DNA of 64,000 nucleotides from a virus (IMGVR_UViG_2974750029_000001:1219-65218), one strand, 5' to 3'; shown: positions 1 to 8,607, counted from the stretch's first letter. Made by a program: numbers and translations. The notes: generated from the letters alone by a model not told the origin.

Positions 1-116
1 GGGGCCGCAAGCGTCGCGCCGGACGCAAGCCCAAGGACCACGTCGACGCACCCGAACCCGCGGACCCGCGGGCTGTCCAGGAGGCAGATTCGAACCCCTT
101 CTCGGTCGTGTCTTAG
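1..116 (+). CDS. 3' end of a gene cut by the window edge, possibly terminase small subunit
   Basis: Frame from nt 3 reads GRKRRAGRKPKDHVDAPEPADPRAVQEADSNPFSVVS then TAG at 114-116, followed by a terminator. Function inferred only from position and from the lack of another small-terminase candidate. Confidence 0.5.
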   Translation, partial: GRKRRAGRKPKDHVDAPEPADPRAVQEADSNPFSVVS

Positions 117-126
117 ACTGGCTAAC

Positions 127-175
127 GACCCCCTCGGATGTGACATCGCCAGCGCAACCGAGGGGGTCTTTTCTT
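127..175 (+). terminator. Intrinsic terminator
   Basis: GACCCCCTCGG (127-137) / CCGAGGGGGTC (158-168) perfect 11-bp stem followed by TTTTCTT. Confidence 0.85.
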
Positions 176-250
176 GCCCTCAGAAACCTGAGAGAAACCT
201 TAAAACTTTCCGGTTAACGCTCAACCAGAAACGCCTCAACCCCGCTCCGG

Positions 251-632
251 TGTAGTACCAAAAATCCAAGACTATTTTTGGGCCTCTGACCAGCGGAAAC
301 AACCAAAACGGTCGAAAAGTTCTGAAATTAATACTACGCGAAATAGGGCCTTTTCGAGCCTCTGACCTGCGACAATCCGTTTTGTAGCATATGTAGTACC
401 CATTTTTGGGTCGAGGACTCCTGTAGAGAGAGGGCGTTAGAGGCCCTTAGTTGTCACGGTTGACGTGCATATTGGCGACAAGAACCGTGACAACTAATTA
501 CTACTAGTGCTGACCCAACCCCCAAAAAGGGTACTACATATGCTACAAAAATTATCCCCGCTGGTCAGAGAGTCGGAAAGTCTTGATTTGTGTAGTAGTT
601 GTCACGGTTGTTTCATACTACGTGGTACTACA
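251..632. repeat. Nested inverted repeats in an AT-richer non-coding region
   Basis: Pairs 251-260/623-632, 284-296/558-570, 380-401/529-550 (22 bp perfect) and 447-461/483-497 (15 bp perfect). Confidence 0.9.
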
Positions 633-753
633 TTCCCGAATGACGACCAACCAGAAAAGTACGTGACCGTTTCTCAGCCTTTTCTCAGGAATGGCCCGAT
701 TTCCCTTAGTTCCGCGGTTGGCACCAACCATGAAAGTCGTGTAGAGTGGCCTC

Positions 754-1173
754 ATGATCATCCGAAACGAGCTCGCCAAGGGTGGGGCCGCAACCTTCTT
801 CGTGGCCTGTGATTCGCCCTCCTGCGAGAAGACCATCAGTGCGACGTTCCACGACTACGGCATCGACTTCCCCGGCCCTGGCAGCCAGCTCCGCGGCCGC
901 TACCTCGACCGCCTCCGCAAGCGCGGCTGGAGCATCGGCCGGAAGGACTCGACCTACACCTACTGCCCCGACCACACCGTGCGGGTGCCCGAGGGGATCA
1001 ACCTCGAACCGCCGCGCCCGATCGGCCGTCCGCGCAAGGACGACCTCACCGGCGACACCCCAGCACAGAAACGCAAAAGAATGCTCGCTGAAAAGGCCGC
1101 CAAAACGGCAGCCCGGCGTGAACGGCAGCGCATTGCTGCCACCAAGAGAAGGAATCAGAAGAATGGCTCATGA
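754..1173 (+). CDS. Hypothetical protein with putative C3H zinc site and basic tail
   Basis: CDSPSC...GW...YCPDH motif, AT-hook-like IGRPRK, high-GC3 codon usage. Confidence 0.8.
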   Translation: MIIRNELAKGGAATFFVACDSPSCEKTISATFHDYGIDFPGPGSQLRGRYLDRLRKRGWSIGRKDSTYTYCPDHTVRVPEGINLEPPRPIGRPRKDDLTGDTPAQKRKRMLAEKAAKTAARRERQRIAATKRRNQKNGS

Positions 1174-2461
1174 CGCACCCTTTCCCGGCCCGACAATTGT
1201 CACGATCAAGTGCGCGGCCGCCGCGCCGGTAATTCAGGGTCCCTCGGGATGCCCGAAGATCGGCATCTGTATCGAGCCCGGCGAGAACCGGCGCAAGAAG
1301 GTCCAGTCGGAAATGCAGCGAATGTTCCCCGACTGGATGGCGATCCCGACGCCGGACGAGGCTCTCTACTCGTCGCAGACCCTCCCTATGCTCGACTGGA
1401 TCTGCCCGAAGCACGCCGAGGAGTACCGCGAGACCGACGCGCTGCGCCTCGCCAGCGGGGCCGTGCTCTCGCGGGTTCTGGACCCCGACAAGTCCATCCA
1501 GGTCCCCGACGGGGTCTACACCACCGGTCGTGTGCTCCGACTCAAGCGCGGCGACGACGTCCTGACGATCCGCAAGAGTGAGGACCCCTCGGTCCGCAGG
1601 GTCACCCAGAAGCTCACCGAGCTGACCGCCGAGGCCTCGAAGCTGCTCGACATGATCGACGGCGACGACGCGTCCGACCGGCAGGAGTTCCCCGACGGGA
1701 GCGACGGCAGCGTGGAGAGCCGCCGGACCGACGACCTCGAAGACCTCGAAGACCGGTTCAACGAGCGGATCGACTCGGTGGCGCGGTCGGTCGCGACGGC
1801 GTTCGCCCGCATCGACAGCGCGCAGTCCGACATCGACGAGACGATGGAGGCCCTCCGCGAGGTCAGCCGGGGCCTCAACGAGCGCATCGACAACCAGAAC
1901 ACGGTCATGAAGAGCCTCATGTCGGAGAACTCCAGCACTGCCGAACTGGCCGCGGCACTGGCAGAGGAGCACAAGGTCACTCGCCAGACGATCAAGGCGA
2001 TGCAGGACGGGGACGACTGGGTGCCGCCGACCGATCTGATCCCGCCGACCCCGCAGCGCATGACCGCGGCCGAGAACGAGATCCACCGGCTGAAGGAGAC
2101 GGTGCTCGGCGACGAGGACAGCAGCGTGGAGAGCCGCCTGGGCACCCTCGAAGACATGATCCAGGGGATCGAGAGCCGCCTGAAGCGGGCCGAGGCGAAC
2201 ATCACCGACCTGGCCGACACCTGGAACGCATCGCTGCCGAAGTCGACCAGCAACCCGAGAACGGACCTCACCGGGCCGCCGAACACCTCTACGCGCGCCG
2301 AGATGGTCAACGACCGGGTCGAGATCTCGATGACCGCGAAGAAGTTCGCGCTCGCGCTCCGCGGGACCGTCGCCTCGATCATGGCCGGAGGCGAACCCTC
2401 CCGCGTGACCGAGCGAGACGTGTGGGACACGTTCTTCGAGCGACTCAGGAAGTACAGTTGA
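1163..2461 (+). CDS. Coiled-coil hypothetical protein
   Basis: ATG 1163 overlaps the upstream gene; long heptad-like acidic helices; N-terminal Cys/CPKH motif. Confidence 0.8.
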   Translation: MAHDAPFPGPTIVTIKCAAAAPVIQGPSGCPKIGICIEPGENRRKKVQSEMQRMFPDWMAIPTPDEALYSSQTLPMLDWICPKHAEEYRETDALRLASGAVLSRVLDPDKSIQVPDGVYTTGRVLRLKRGDDVLTIRKSEDPSVRRVTQKLTELTAEASKLLDMIDGDDASDRQEFPDGSDGSVESRRTDDLEDLEDRFNERIDSVARSVATAFARIDSAQSDIDETMEALREVSRGLNERIDNQNTVMKSLMSENSSTAELAAALAEEHKVTRQTIKAMQDGDDWVPPTDLIPPTPQRMTAAENEIHRLKETVLGDEDSSVESRLGTLEDMIQGIESRLKRAEANITDLADTWNASLPKSTSNPRTDLTGPPNTSTRAEMVNDRVEISMTAKKFALALRGTVASIMAGGEPSRVTERDVWDTFFERLRKYS

Positions 2462-2487
2462 CGTCAACCTAGAAACTGCGGTAGGGT
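2457..2487 (+). promoter_or_regulatory. SigA-like promoter overlapping the GTTGACGTCAAC palindrome, probably leaderless
   Basis: TTGACG 2458-2463, 18-nt spacer, TAGGGT 2482-2487, ATG at 2494. Confidence 0.65.
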
Positions 2488-2493
2488 GTGGGT

Positions 2494-2820
2494 ATGACCA
2501 CAGAGGACATACCCACACCCCCGCCGCCGCTGCCGCCGAACGTCGAGGTCGGCCACCGGATGCACGAGCTGGCCGAGGAGATGCGCGAGAAGCTGGCCCC
2601 GGCGCTGCGAGAGTTCGGTCGCCAGGTCCGCGGGGTGTTCCAGACCATCGAGATCGCCTGGCCGACGGTGCAGAAGCTCGCCGAAGAGGCGCAGCGCGAG
2701 GTCGACGAGCGCAACCCGCCGGACCCCAACAGCCTGCGCGACGAGCGGGGCATCAAGCGGCCCGCGTCGGTGCCGCCGATGTGGGCCAACAACCCGACCC
2801 GCAAACGGCGTCGCCGGTGA
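2494..2820 (+). CDS. Hypothetical protein
   Basis: ORF MTTEDIPT...; start chosen to fit the upstream -10. Confidence 0.8.
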   Translation: MTTEDIPTPPPPLPPNVEVGHRMHELAEEMREKLAPALREFGRQVRGVFQTIEIAWPTVQKLAEEAQREVDERNPPDPNSLRDERGIKRPASVPPMWANNPTRKRRRR

Positions 2821-2936
2821 GGCCATTCGCCATCACGAGCTGGGTGCTCACTCGGCTCATCGACGCGGCGATGCGCGCCGTGAACCCCCTACCGAACATG
2901 TACCCCGACCCCGAGGAGAGCCCCGACGATGAGTGA
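2817..2936 (+). CDS. Small hypothetical protein, 39 aa (not in the ORF track)
   Basis: GTGA overlap with upstream stop; reads VRPFAITSWVLTRLIDAAMRAVNPLPNMYPDPEESPDDE* and fills the gap. Confidence 0.6.
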   Translation: MRPFAITSWVLTRLIDAAMRAVNPLPNMYPDPEESPDDE

Positions 2937-3231
2937 GCCTTCAGGCATCGAGCAGTTCAAGACAGCCACCGAGCGGTACCTCGAAACAGTGACCACCGGC
3001 GAGCAGTGGGGGTTCGGCCAGCTCGACCCCGAGCCGTCCGACGCGCCGAGCGCCCACGACCTGGTCATCGCCGACATGGCGAGGCGCAAGGAGTTCGGGC
3101 TGGCGAAGTACGGCACCCCGCTCCAGCACGACAACGGCCGCGACCACCTGGTCGACGCCTACGAAGAGGTGCTCGACCTCGCGGTGTATCTCCGCAACGA
3201 GATCGAAGCTCGCCGCGAGCGGGGTGAGTGA
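2929..3231 (+). CDS. Conserved phage protein, possibly all-alpha NTP-pyrophosphatase-like
   Basis: Motif G..KYGTPL...NGRD.L.DAYEE.LD..VYL with an EExxD acidic cluster. Confidence 0.6.
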   Translation: MSEPSGIEQFKTATERYLETVTTGEQWGFGQLDPEPSDAPSAHDLVIADMARRKEFGLAKYGTPLQHDNGRDHLVDAYEEVLDLAVYLRNEIEARRERGE

Positions 3232-3476
3232 TGCCGCTGACGACACCCTCCCCAGGCTCGAAAGCCTCGACCTACCGCGGCAAGAAGGACTTCCGCGTGC
3301 TGGTCAAAACCATCAAGAAGGCCGGGGGCGAGATGCGGATGCCCCGCCACACCGGCGGCCACCCGCAAGTGTTCTACCGGGGCAAACACGTCACCTCGGT
3401 GCCGTTGACGCCGTCGGATAGCCGGTCCTACAAGAACGTCCTCGCGGCCTGCCGCCGCGCGGGAATGCAAGTCTGA
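3228..3476 (+). CDS. HicA-like (dsRBD-fold) toxin
   Basis: 82 aa basic protein with GGH motif and TPSD.R..KN....RRAG tail typical of actinophage HicA-like proteins. Confidence 0.65.
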   Translation: MMPLTTPSPGSKASTYRGKKDFRVLVKTIKKAGGEMRMPRHTGGHPQVFYRGKHVTSVPLTPSDSRSYKNVLAACRRAGMQV

Positions 3477-3490
3477 GAAGAGGATTCACC

Positions 3491-3949
3491 GTGAAAGACT
3501 CGACCTACCTGGGCGTGAAGGTCGGCGACGAGCTGATCGTCGTTGAGCGTCGCCGCGACTACGACGCCGAGATGAAGCGCCGTCGAGAAAACGAGGGGTC
3601 CGGCCGTCACTTCAGCCACGAGAGGCTGTTCAAGAACGTGCAGCACACCGCGGTGGTGACCAAGGTCGGCACGAAGTACGTCTACGCGACCGAGCAGGGC
3701 AAGTACTTCGTCGAGCTGAAGATCGCGAAGGACACCGGGTGGGCCGTTGGTACCCGGCCTGGGGACGGGACCGGCAAGCGGGCCTTCACCCCGGCCAGTT
3801 ACGAGGCACACCAGCGCCGACAGAAGGCGCGGGAGACCGTGCGAGAGGTCGTGCAGAAGGGGTCGGGCTACTCGTGGCCCGACGACCTGACCACCGAGGC
3901 GCTCGAAGACATCGCGCGCATTCTGTCGAACAAGGAGAGCCGACTGTGA
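3491..3949 (+). CDS. Hypothetical protein
   Basis: GAGGA RBS, GTG start, typical codon usage. Confidence 0.8.
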   Translation: MKDSTYLGVKVGDELIVVERRRDYDAEMKRRRENEGSGRHFSHERLFKNVQHTAVVTKVGTKYVYATEQGKYFVELKIAKDTGWAVGTRPGDGTGKRAFTPASYEAHQRRQKARETVREVVQKGSGYSWPDDLTTEALEDIARILSNKESRL

Positions 3950-4302
3950 GCAGCAACGGACAGGCGAAGATGCCGGAGGCCGCGCTGAAGGCCTATGCCG
4001 ACCTGGTCTTCGACCTGAAGACCGGGGAGATGAGGAACCACCCGGCCACCCGCGGCAGGATCGACATGCTGACCGAGTACTTCCTGAACACCTGGCACGT
4101 CGCGCCGGTGACCGAGGTGGCACAGCAGCGCGAGGCGACCGCGGAGTGGCAGCGGGAAGCGAAGCTGGTGATCGCGCTGCTCCTGACGGCGATGAACAAC
4201 GTCGCGCCGCAGCTCGGCGACACGGTGCTGGCCGAGGCCGAGAGGATCGTCGTCGCGAGAGGCCTTGATCCCGAGGAGGTTCTGGCAAGGTTCACTCCAT
4301 GA
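3946..4302 (+). CDS. Hypothetical protein
   Basis: AAGGAG RBS and GTGA overlap. Confidence 0.75.
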   Translation: MSSNGQAKMPEAALKAYADLVFDLKTGEMRNHPATRGRIDMLTEYFLNTWHVAPVTEVAQQREATAEWQREAKLVIALLLTAMNNVAPQLGDTVLAEAERIVVARGLDPEEVLARFTP

Positions 4303-4607
4303 CGATGAGGATGAGGTTTGTCGAGGAGTACGCGGTGGAGTGGCTCCGCGCCGACGGCACCACGATCCAGTCGGAGCCGACGCGCTCCTTCGAGGTCGCC
4401 GCCAGCGCCGCGGAGTGGCTCCCGCGCCAGAAGGGCATCCACATGGCGCGGGTCCTCAACCGGACGATCCGGCAGGAGAAGAAGTGGTGGCAGGTGTTCT
4501 GGCTGGACACCGGCATGACCCGCTGGTTCGACGCCGAGGAACGCTTCGAGAACCCTCTCGTCCCCATCGAGGAGGACGGTCGGTTTGACGCCGTTGACGT
4601 CAACTGA
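4299..4607 (+). CDS. Hypothetical protein
   Basis: ATGA overlap with the upstream gene. Confidence 0.75.
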   Translation: MTMRMRFVEEYAVEWLRADGTTIQSEPTRSFEVAASAAEWLPRQKGIHMARVLNRTIRQEKKWWQVFWLDTGMTRWFDAEERFENPLVPIEEDGRFDAVDVN

Positions 4608-4613
4608 TACAGT
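4585..4613 (+). promoter_or_regulatory. SigA-like promoter with GTTGACGTCAAC in the spacer, probably leaderless
   Basis: TTGACG 4585-4590, 17-nt spacer containing the palindrome 4593-4604, TG-A-TACAGT extended -10 ending 4613, ATG at 4620. Confidence 0.75.
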
Positions 4614-4619
4614 GAGGGA

Positions 4620-5081
4620 ATGAGCGCATTCCCACCCGATCAAGATCCATCCCTGGTCCACGTCAGCTTCACCGAGGACGGGACACAGATGGTCAACCTG
4701 CACATGACGCCGAGCGCCGCCCGGCACATGGCGGTCGACCTCTACGACGAGGCCGACCGCACGGAGGCACGACCGACCTTCCGAGAGCAGATCAAGGCTC
4801 GCTGGCGGCCCGGCGGCAGCCGCGACTGGACCCAGGCCATCGCGGTCTCCGCCATCTGCGTCGCCCTCCTCTCGGCGTTTGACGGCTCGCTGTACGACTC
4901 GGTCACCAGCCGAGTGCTCGGCTACGGCATGTTCGTGCTCGGCATCGGCCTGGTGATCTACCGAGCCTGGCGCGATCGGCGGGACCTCGACGAGGAAGCC
5001 CGCGAGCGCCGGTACACCGGCGAAGTCGGCGAGCAGCTCGACGCCGAAACCGGCCGCCTACCCTGGAGGATCGTCCGATGA
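4620..5081 (+). CDS. Membrane protein (2 predicted TM helices)
   Basis: Hydrophobic stretches AIAVSAICVALLSAF and VLGYGMFVLGIGLVIY. Confidence 0.8.
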   Translation: MSAFPPDQDPSLVHVSFTEDGTQMVNLHMTPSAARHMAVDLYDEADRTEARPTFREQIKARWRPGGSRDWTQAIAVSAICVALLSAFDGSLYDSVTSRVLGYGMFVLGIGLVIYRAWRDRRDLDEEARERRYTGEVGEQLDAETGRLPWRIVR

Positions 5082-5383
5082 GCATCGCCGTCGGCCACCG
5101 GCCGGGAGCGCAGTCCGGCGGGATGCTCGCACCGCGGGCCACGCTGGTCGGGTGCGACTACCCGCTCTGCGACAAGGCGATCCACTTCCCGGTGGACCTC
5201 CAGGCATCGAAGGCGCAGTGCATCCGCGACACCATCCGATTCATGAAGAAGCACGACCGGCGACCAGAGATCGCCGGGTGGACGGTGGACACCACCGTGG
5301 ATCCGCCGAAGTTCTTCTGCTCCAACCACGCCGACAAGCCCAAGGTCGGCACCATCACCCTCAACCCGAATCGAGGCTCATGA
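5078..5383 (+). CDS. Hypothetical protein with putative C3H zinc site
   Basis: CDYPLC...GW...FCSNH, same pattern as 754-1173; ATGA overlap. Confidence 0.75.
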   Translation: MSIAVGHRPGAQSGGMLAPRATLVGCDYPLCDKAIHFPVDLQASKAQCIRDTIRFMKKHDRRPEIAGWTVDTTVDPPKFFCSNHADKPKVGTITLNPNRGS

Positions 5384-5745
5384 GCAACACCGAAGAGCGC
5401 GAGCTCACCGTGCAGGACCAGTTCGACGCCGCGCAGGCGCTCGGCGAGGTCCGCCGCAAGATCGACGCCGGAGAAGACCTGAACGACACCGAGAAGGCGC
5501 TGCTGGTCTATTCGGCCAACTGGGTCTCGGCGAACGAGATGGCCGGATTTTGGAAGACGGTCGCCATGTATCGGCCGACCGGCAATCCCGACAAGGACAT
5601 CGTCTCCCACCTCCGCAGCTTCGACACCCTGCTCGACCGCGGGCTCACCGCCGCGAAGCGGGGTCTGCTGGTCGGCGAGGTGACCGGGCTGGAAGCCCTG
5701 CGGTCCGACTTCCGCAAGTGCTTCATGAAGGAGCTGGGACAGTGA
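5380..5745 (+). CDS. Hypothetical protein
   Basis: ATGA overlap; reads MSNTEERELTVQ... Confidence 0.75.
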   Translation: MSNTEERELTVQDQFDAAQALGEVRRKIDAGEDLNDTEKALLVYSANWVSANEMAGFWKTVAMYRPTGNPDKDIVSHLRSFDTLLDRGLTAAKRGLLVGEVTGLEALRSDFRKCFMKELGQ

Positions 5746-5999
5746 GCGAGCGCGTCAACGAGCTGAAGGTCACCAAGCGCATCGACCCCGAGCGGGTCGG
5801 CCGGGTGCTGAAGCAGGACCGCGAGTCGATGAACGAGATGCCGTCCCAGGAGCTCCAGTCGCTCATCAAGCAGGCCGAGGTCGACATGGGCCGATGCGCC
5901 GACGCCTCGGAGACGCTGCGACTGGTGTCGCGGGAACTGGCCGAGGTCATGCTCATCGGGCTGGAGGTGGCCGCTGCGAGGAACGTGAGGGTCCTGTGA
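5742..5999 (+). CDS. Hypothetical protein
   Basis: AAGGAG RBS and GTGA overlap. Confidence 0.75.
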   Translation: MSERVNELKVTKRIDPERVGRVLKQDRESMNEMPSQELQSLIKQAEVDMGRCADASETLRLVSRELAEVMLIGLEVAAARNVRVL

Positions 6000-6352
6000 C
6001 TCTCGCGGAGCGGGTTGGGCTCGGCGCGGCAGCGTGGTTCGTCTTCGCCGCCCTGCTCAACTCGACCGACCGGCATTGGCTTGCGACGCTCACCTGCCTG
6101 TTGTTCGCGTCGGCGATCCTCGCATGGGCCTTCGGCCGGTCTTCCGACCGCGCCGCCGCGAAAGCCGACCGTGAGCAGCGGGACCTGTTGGCCCGCCTGG
6201 AGAGCGACATGAGGAACGAATGCACCGGCGGGTGGGTGCTCAACGAGGAGGGATTCTATGTCCGAAGAGATGAGCGTGGAGGAGATCTCCCAGGCAGCCC
6301 TGGAGACGATCAAGAACGCGGTGAACGTGGAGATCAAGGCGCGGTACGGTGA
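5996..6352 (+). CDS. Membrane protein
   Basis: GTGA overlap; two hydrophobic segments; 3' end overlaps the next gene by 95 nt. Confidence 0.65.
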   Translation: MTLAERVGLGAAAWFVFAALLNSTDRHWLATLTCLLFASAILAWAFGRSSDRAAAKADREQRDLLARLESDMRNECTGGWVLNEEGFYVRRDERGGDLPGSPGDDQERGERGDQGAVR

Positions 6353-6551
6353 CGAGTTCTTCGTCGCGAACGCGATGGTGATCGCCTTGGTCGAGCGACC
6401 CCGAGGCGACCTGGAGAAGCCGGACGCGAAGCGGTTTCGGTTGTTCCTGAAGACGCTCGGCTCGATCCCGGCACACGTCGGGATCGGAATGATGAGGGAG
6501 GCCGCGGCGATCTTCCAGGCCCGCCGCGCACAGAACGGAGAGTCGAATTGA
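6258..6551 (+). CDS. Hypothetical protein
   Basis: Strong GAGGAGG RBS. Confidence 0.75.
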   Translation: MSEEMSVEEISQAALETIKNAVNVEIKARYGDEFFVANAMVIALVERPRGDLEKPDAKRFRLFLKTLGSIPAHVGIGMMREAAAIFQARRAQNGESN

Positions 6552-7288
6552 GTGAGATCGCCATCCGGTCGCTGCGAGGCACCGGGGAGCCGCTCCAGGG
6601 GCCGAACATGATGGACGACATCGTGAACGCCGGTCGAGAGCTGGGAGTCGGGCACTACCCGGTCCCCTACTACGCCTCGATCGCCCCGGCCGGGGGCACG
6701 AAGATGTTCCACGAGAGCTACCACGACGGCTGGCAGAAGGTCACCCAGACCGATGCCACGAGCGGGACGGCGAACATCTGGATCGGCTACTCCCTCGGCG
6801 CGCTGATCCTCGGGGACGTCGCGGCCGCGGGAGAGCTGAACAACTGCATCGGCATGATCCTGCTCTCGGACCCGGCGATGCCCAAGGGTGGCGCGCACCC
6901 CGCCTGCCAGGTGCCGTCGGATCGGTACGGATGTACCGGAAGCCGGGCCATCTCGGGACCGTTCCCGAAGTACTGGATCTCGGCCTCCGACGACCCGATC
7001 TCGGCGTTGTCGCAGGGGAACGGGTTCCGATCCATCGCCTCGGTGGTCACCGGGAAGCCGCAGCCGTTCAACCCCGGCTACCTCAACGTCCCGGCGATCA
7101 TCGACGCGGTCCGGCGCTACCTCGGTACCCCGCCGATCGAGGCCGCCGGTCGGCGGATTCGGGAGGCGGTGCCGAGTCGACATGTCATCTACGCCTCGGA
7201 ACGGATGCCCGGATCCACCCAGACCTACACAGCCTTCGCCGGGACCCTGGCGAAGGCAATGATCAACCGACACAAGGAGAATCAGTGA
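6548..7288 (+). CDS. lysB: Lysin B (cutinase-like serine esterase)
   Basis: LRGTGE oxyanion segment, GYSLG nucleophile elbow, SDP, DDPIS and a late His (SRH), as in cutinase-family LysB. Confidence 0.75.
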   Translation: MSEIAIRSLRGTGEPLQGPNMMDDIVNAGRELGVGHYPVPYYASIAPAGGTKMFHESYHDGWQKVTQTDATSGTANIWIGYSLGALILGDVAAAGELNNCIGMILLSDPAMPKGGAHPACQVPSDRYGCTGSRAISGPFPKYWISASDDPISALSQGNGFRSIASVVTGKPQPFNPGYLNVPAIIDAVRRYLGTPPIEAAGRRIREAVPSRHVIYASERMPGSTQTYTAFAGTLAKAMINRHKENQ

Positions 7289-7743
7289 CCGACATCCTCG
7301 ACACCCCCGATCTCGTCCAGGCTCTCGAAGGCGTGCCGCCGCGCAGCCTCATGGGCGACGGCGGGGTGCTCACCCCGGCCGGGGAGCGACTCATCGAGAT
7401 GGGTCTGAAGGCGCTCGTGCTTTGCGCACACCTCCAGGCCGAGAAGGCGGGGTGGAACGAGAACCGCAACACCGTGATCGAGGAGCTGGCGCTGGTCACC
7501 ACCGAGGTCGCCGAGGCCATCGAGGAGGCCCGCGACGGGTGCCCCGGCGTCGAGGGGCTCTACTTCGACATCGAGACCCAGAAGCCGGAGGGGATCGCGT
7601 CCGAGATCGGCGACGTGATCATCCGGTCGGCGCACCTGTCGACCAACCCGCAGTACGGCTCGATCGACGTCGTCGAGGGAACCCTGGCGAAGCTGCGATA
7701 CAACCCGACGCGGGGGCATCGCCACGGCGGCCGACTGGCATGA
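7285..7743 (+). CDS. MazG-like nucleotide pyrophosphohydrolase
   Basis: LAL..TEVAEAIEEAR...PEG..SEIGDVIIR...KLRYN.TR..RHGG motif set. Confidence 0.8.
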   Translation: MTDILDTPDLVQALEGVPPRSLMGDGGVLTPAGERLIEMGLKALVLCAHLQAEKAGWNENRNTVIEELALVTTEVAEAIEEARDGCPGVEGLYFDIETQKPEGIASEIGDVIIRSAHLSTNPQYGSIDVVEGTLAKLRYNPTRGHRHGGRLA

Positions 7744-7895
7744 TGCTCTACCTGTTCGGTATCTCGGCAGGGATTCTCCTGAGTGGGCTCGTTGTCGACG
7801 TTCCGTTGTGGTGGACCATGATCGGGATGCTGTTGCCGACCTGGCACCTGGCGGGAGTGATCACCCGTCTGGTGATCCCCGACGAGAAGCCCTGA
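7740..7895 (+). CDS. Small membrane protein
   Basis: ATGA overlap; 51 aa, nearly all hydrophobic. Confidence 0.65.
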   Translation: MMLYLFGISAGILLSGLVVDVPLWWTMIGMLLPTWHLAGVITRLVIPDEKP

Positions 7896-7969
7896 TAGGA
7901 TGGGCCCTAACGCCTCACCTTAGGGTGTTCGTTTCGCGGGGCACACACGTGAAGCGGCGTTGTCACCGG

Positions 7970-8011
7970 AGAACCCCGGCCCTCGTTTTGCACGAGAGGT
8001 CGGGGTTTCTT
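7970..8011 (+). terminator. Intrinsic terminator
   Basis: AGAACCCCGGCC-CTCGT / ACGAG-AGGTCGGGGTTTCT stem ending in TTTCTT. Confidence 0.7.
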
Positions 8012-8035
8012 CGTGCTCGGGGTAACATCACGGCC

Positions 8036-8290
8036 ATGTCATCCTCGTCGAGCTATGCCAAGGGCAAGGCGTCCGGCGGCGCGCAACTGAAGGTGTACTG
8101 GACCACCGGCGAGGGCGGGGTCAAGAAGATCCGGTGGAACACCCCCGGCGACTTCACCCGCTGCGTCCGGTACATGCGGAAGTACGCGGCACGGGAGGGC
8201 TTCTCGGCCGAGGGGTACTGTGCCCGGCTCCACAAGGCGGCCACCGGCGTTTACCCTGGTGACAAACGGAACGTGGGCAAGAGGGGCTGA
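8036..8290 (+). CDS. Conserved actinophage hypothetical protein
   Basis: YW..GEG..KIRWNTPGDFTRC...GYCA.LH motif; TAACAT at 8023-8028 suggests a leaderless start. Confidence 0.75.
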   Translation: MSSSSSYAKGKASGGAQLKVYWTTGEGGVKKIRWNTPGDFTRCVRYMRKYAAREGFSAEGYCARLHKAATGVYPGDKRNVGKRG

Positions 8291-8607
8291 TGGCGAACTA
8301 CCTGGGGACGGTCTTCCCCACCCGAACGCACGCGGAGTGGATGGCGCTGAACCCACTCGTCGCGAGGGGCCAGGGTGTCTACGAGTCCGACACCGGCGCG
8401 CTGAAGATCGGGAATGGTACGGACGTCTATGCCAACCTCCCGTACTTCGTCGGCGCTATCCAGGCGCTCGACCCGGCCGCCGCGCAGGTGGTTCGGTTTG
8501 CTGACGGGGATGGGAACCCGTTGCCCGCAGGGTCGAACGTCGAGGTCCGCATGAATCCCGACACCGGGGAGTTCATCTCGGTCGTTTACGTGCCCCCGGC
8601 TGGCTGA
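8290..8607 (+). CDS. Protein with Mtd_N/hyaluronidase-N-like domain, likely virion-associated
   Basis: W...NPLVARGQGVYESDTGALKIGNG...YANLPY motif. Confidence 0.7.
   Translation: MANYLGTVFPTRTHAEWMALNPLVARGQGVYESDTGALKIGNGTDVYANLPYFVGAIQALDPAAAQVVRFADGDGNPLPAGSNVEVRMNPDTGEFISVVYVPPAG

Noticed and set aside
87-97. GATTCGAACCC resembling a tRNA T-loop or attP core
   Set aside because: It lies inside the first CDS, forms no cloverleaf, and the window has no integrase.
507-812. ORF 507-812
   Set aside because: Atypical low-GC3 codon usage, no RBS, and it overlaps the palindromic region and the next gene.
8290-8607. Mtd_N-like domain as a sign of a diversity-generating retroelement
   Set aside because: No reverse transcriptase and no TR/VR repeat pair were seen.
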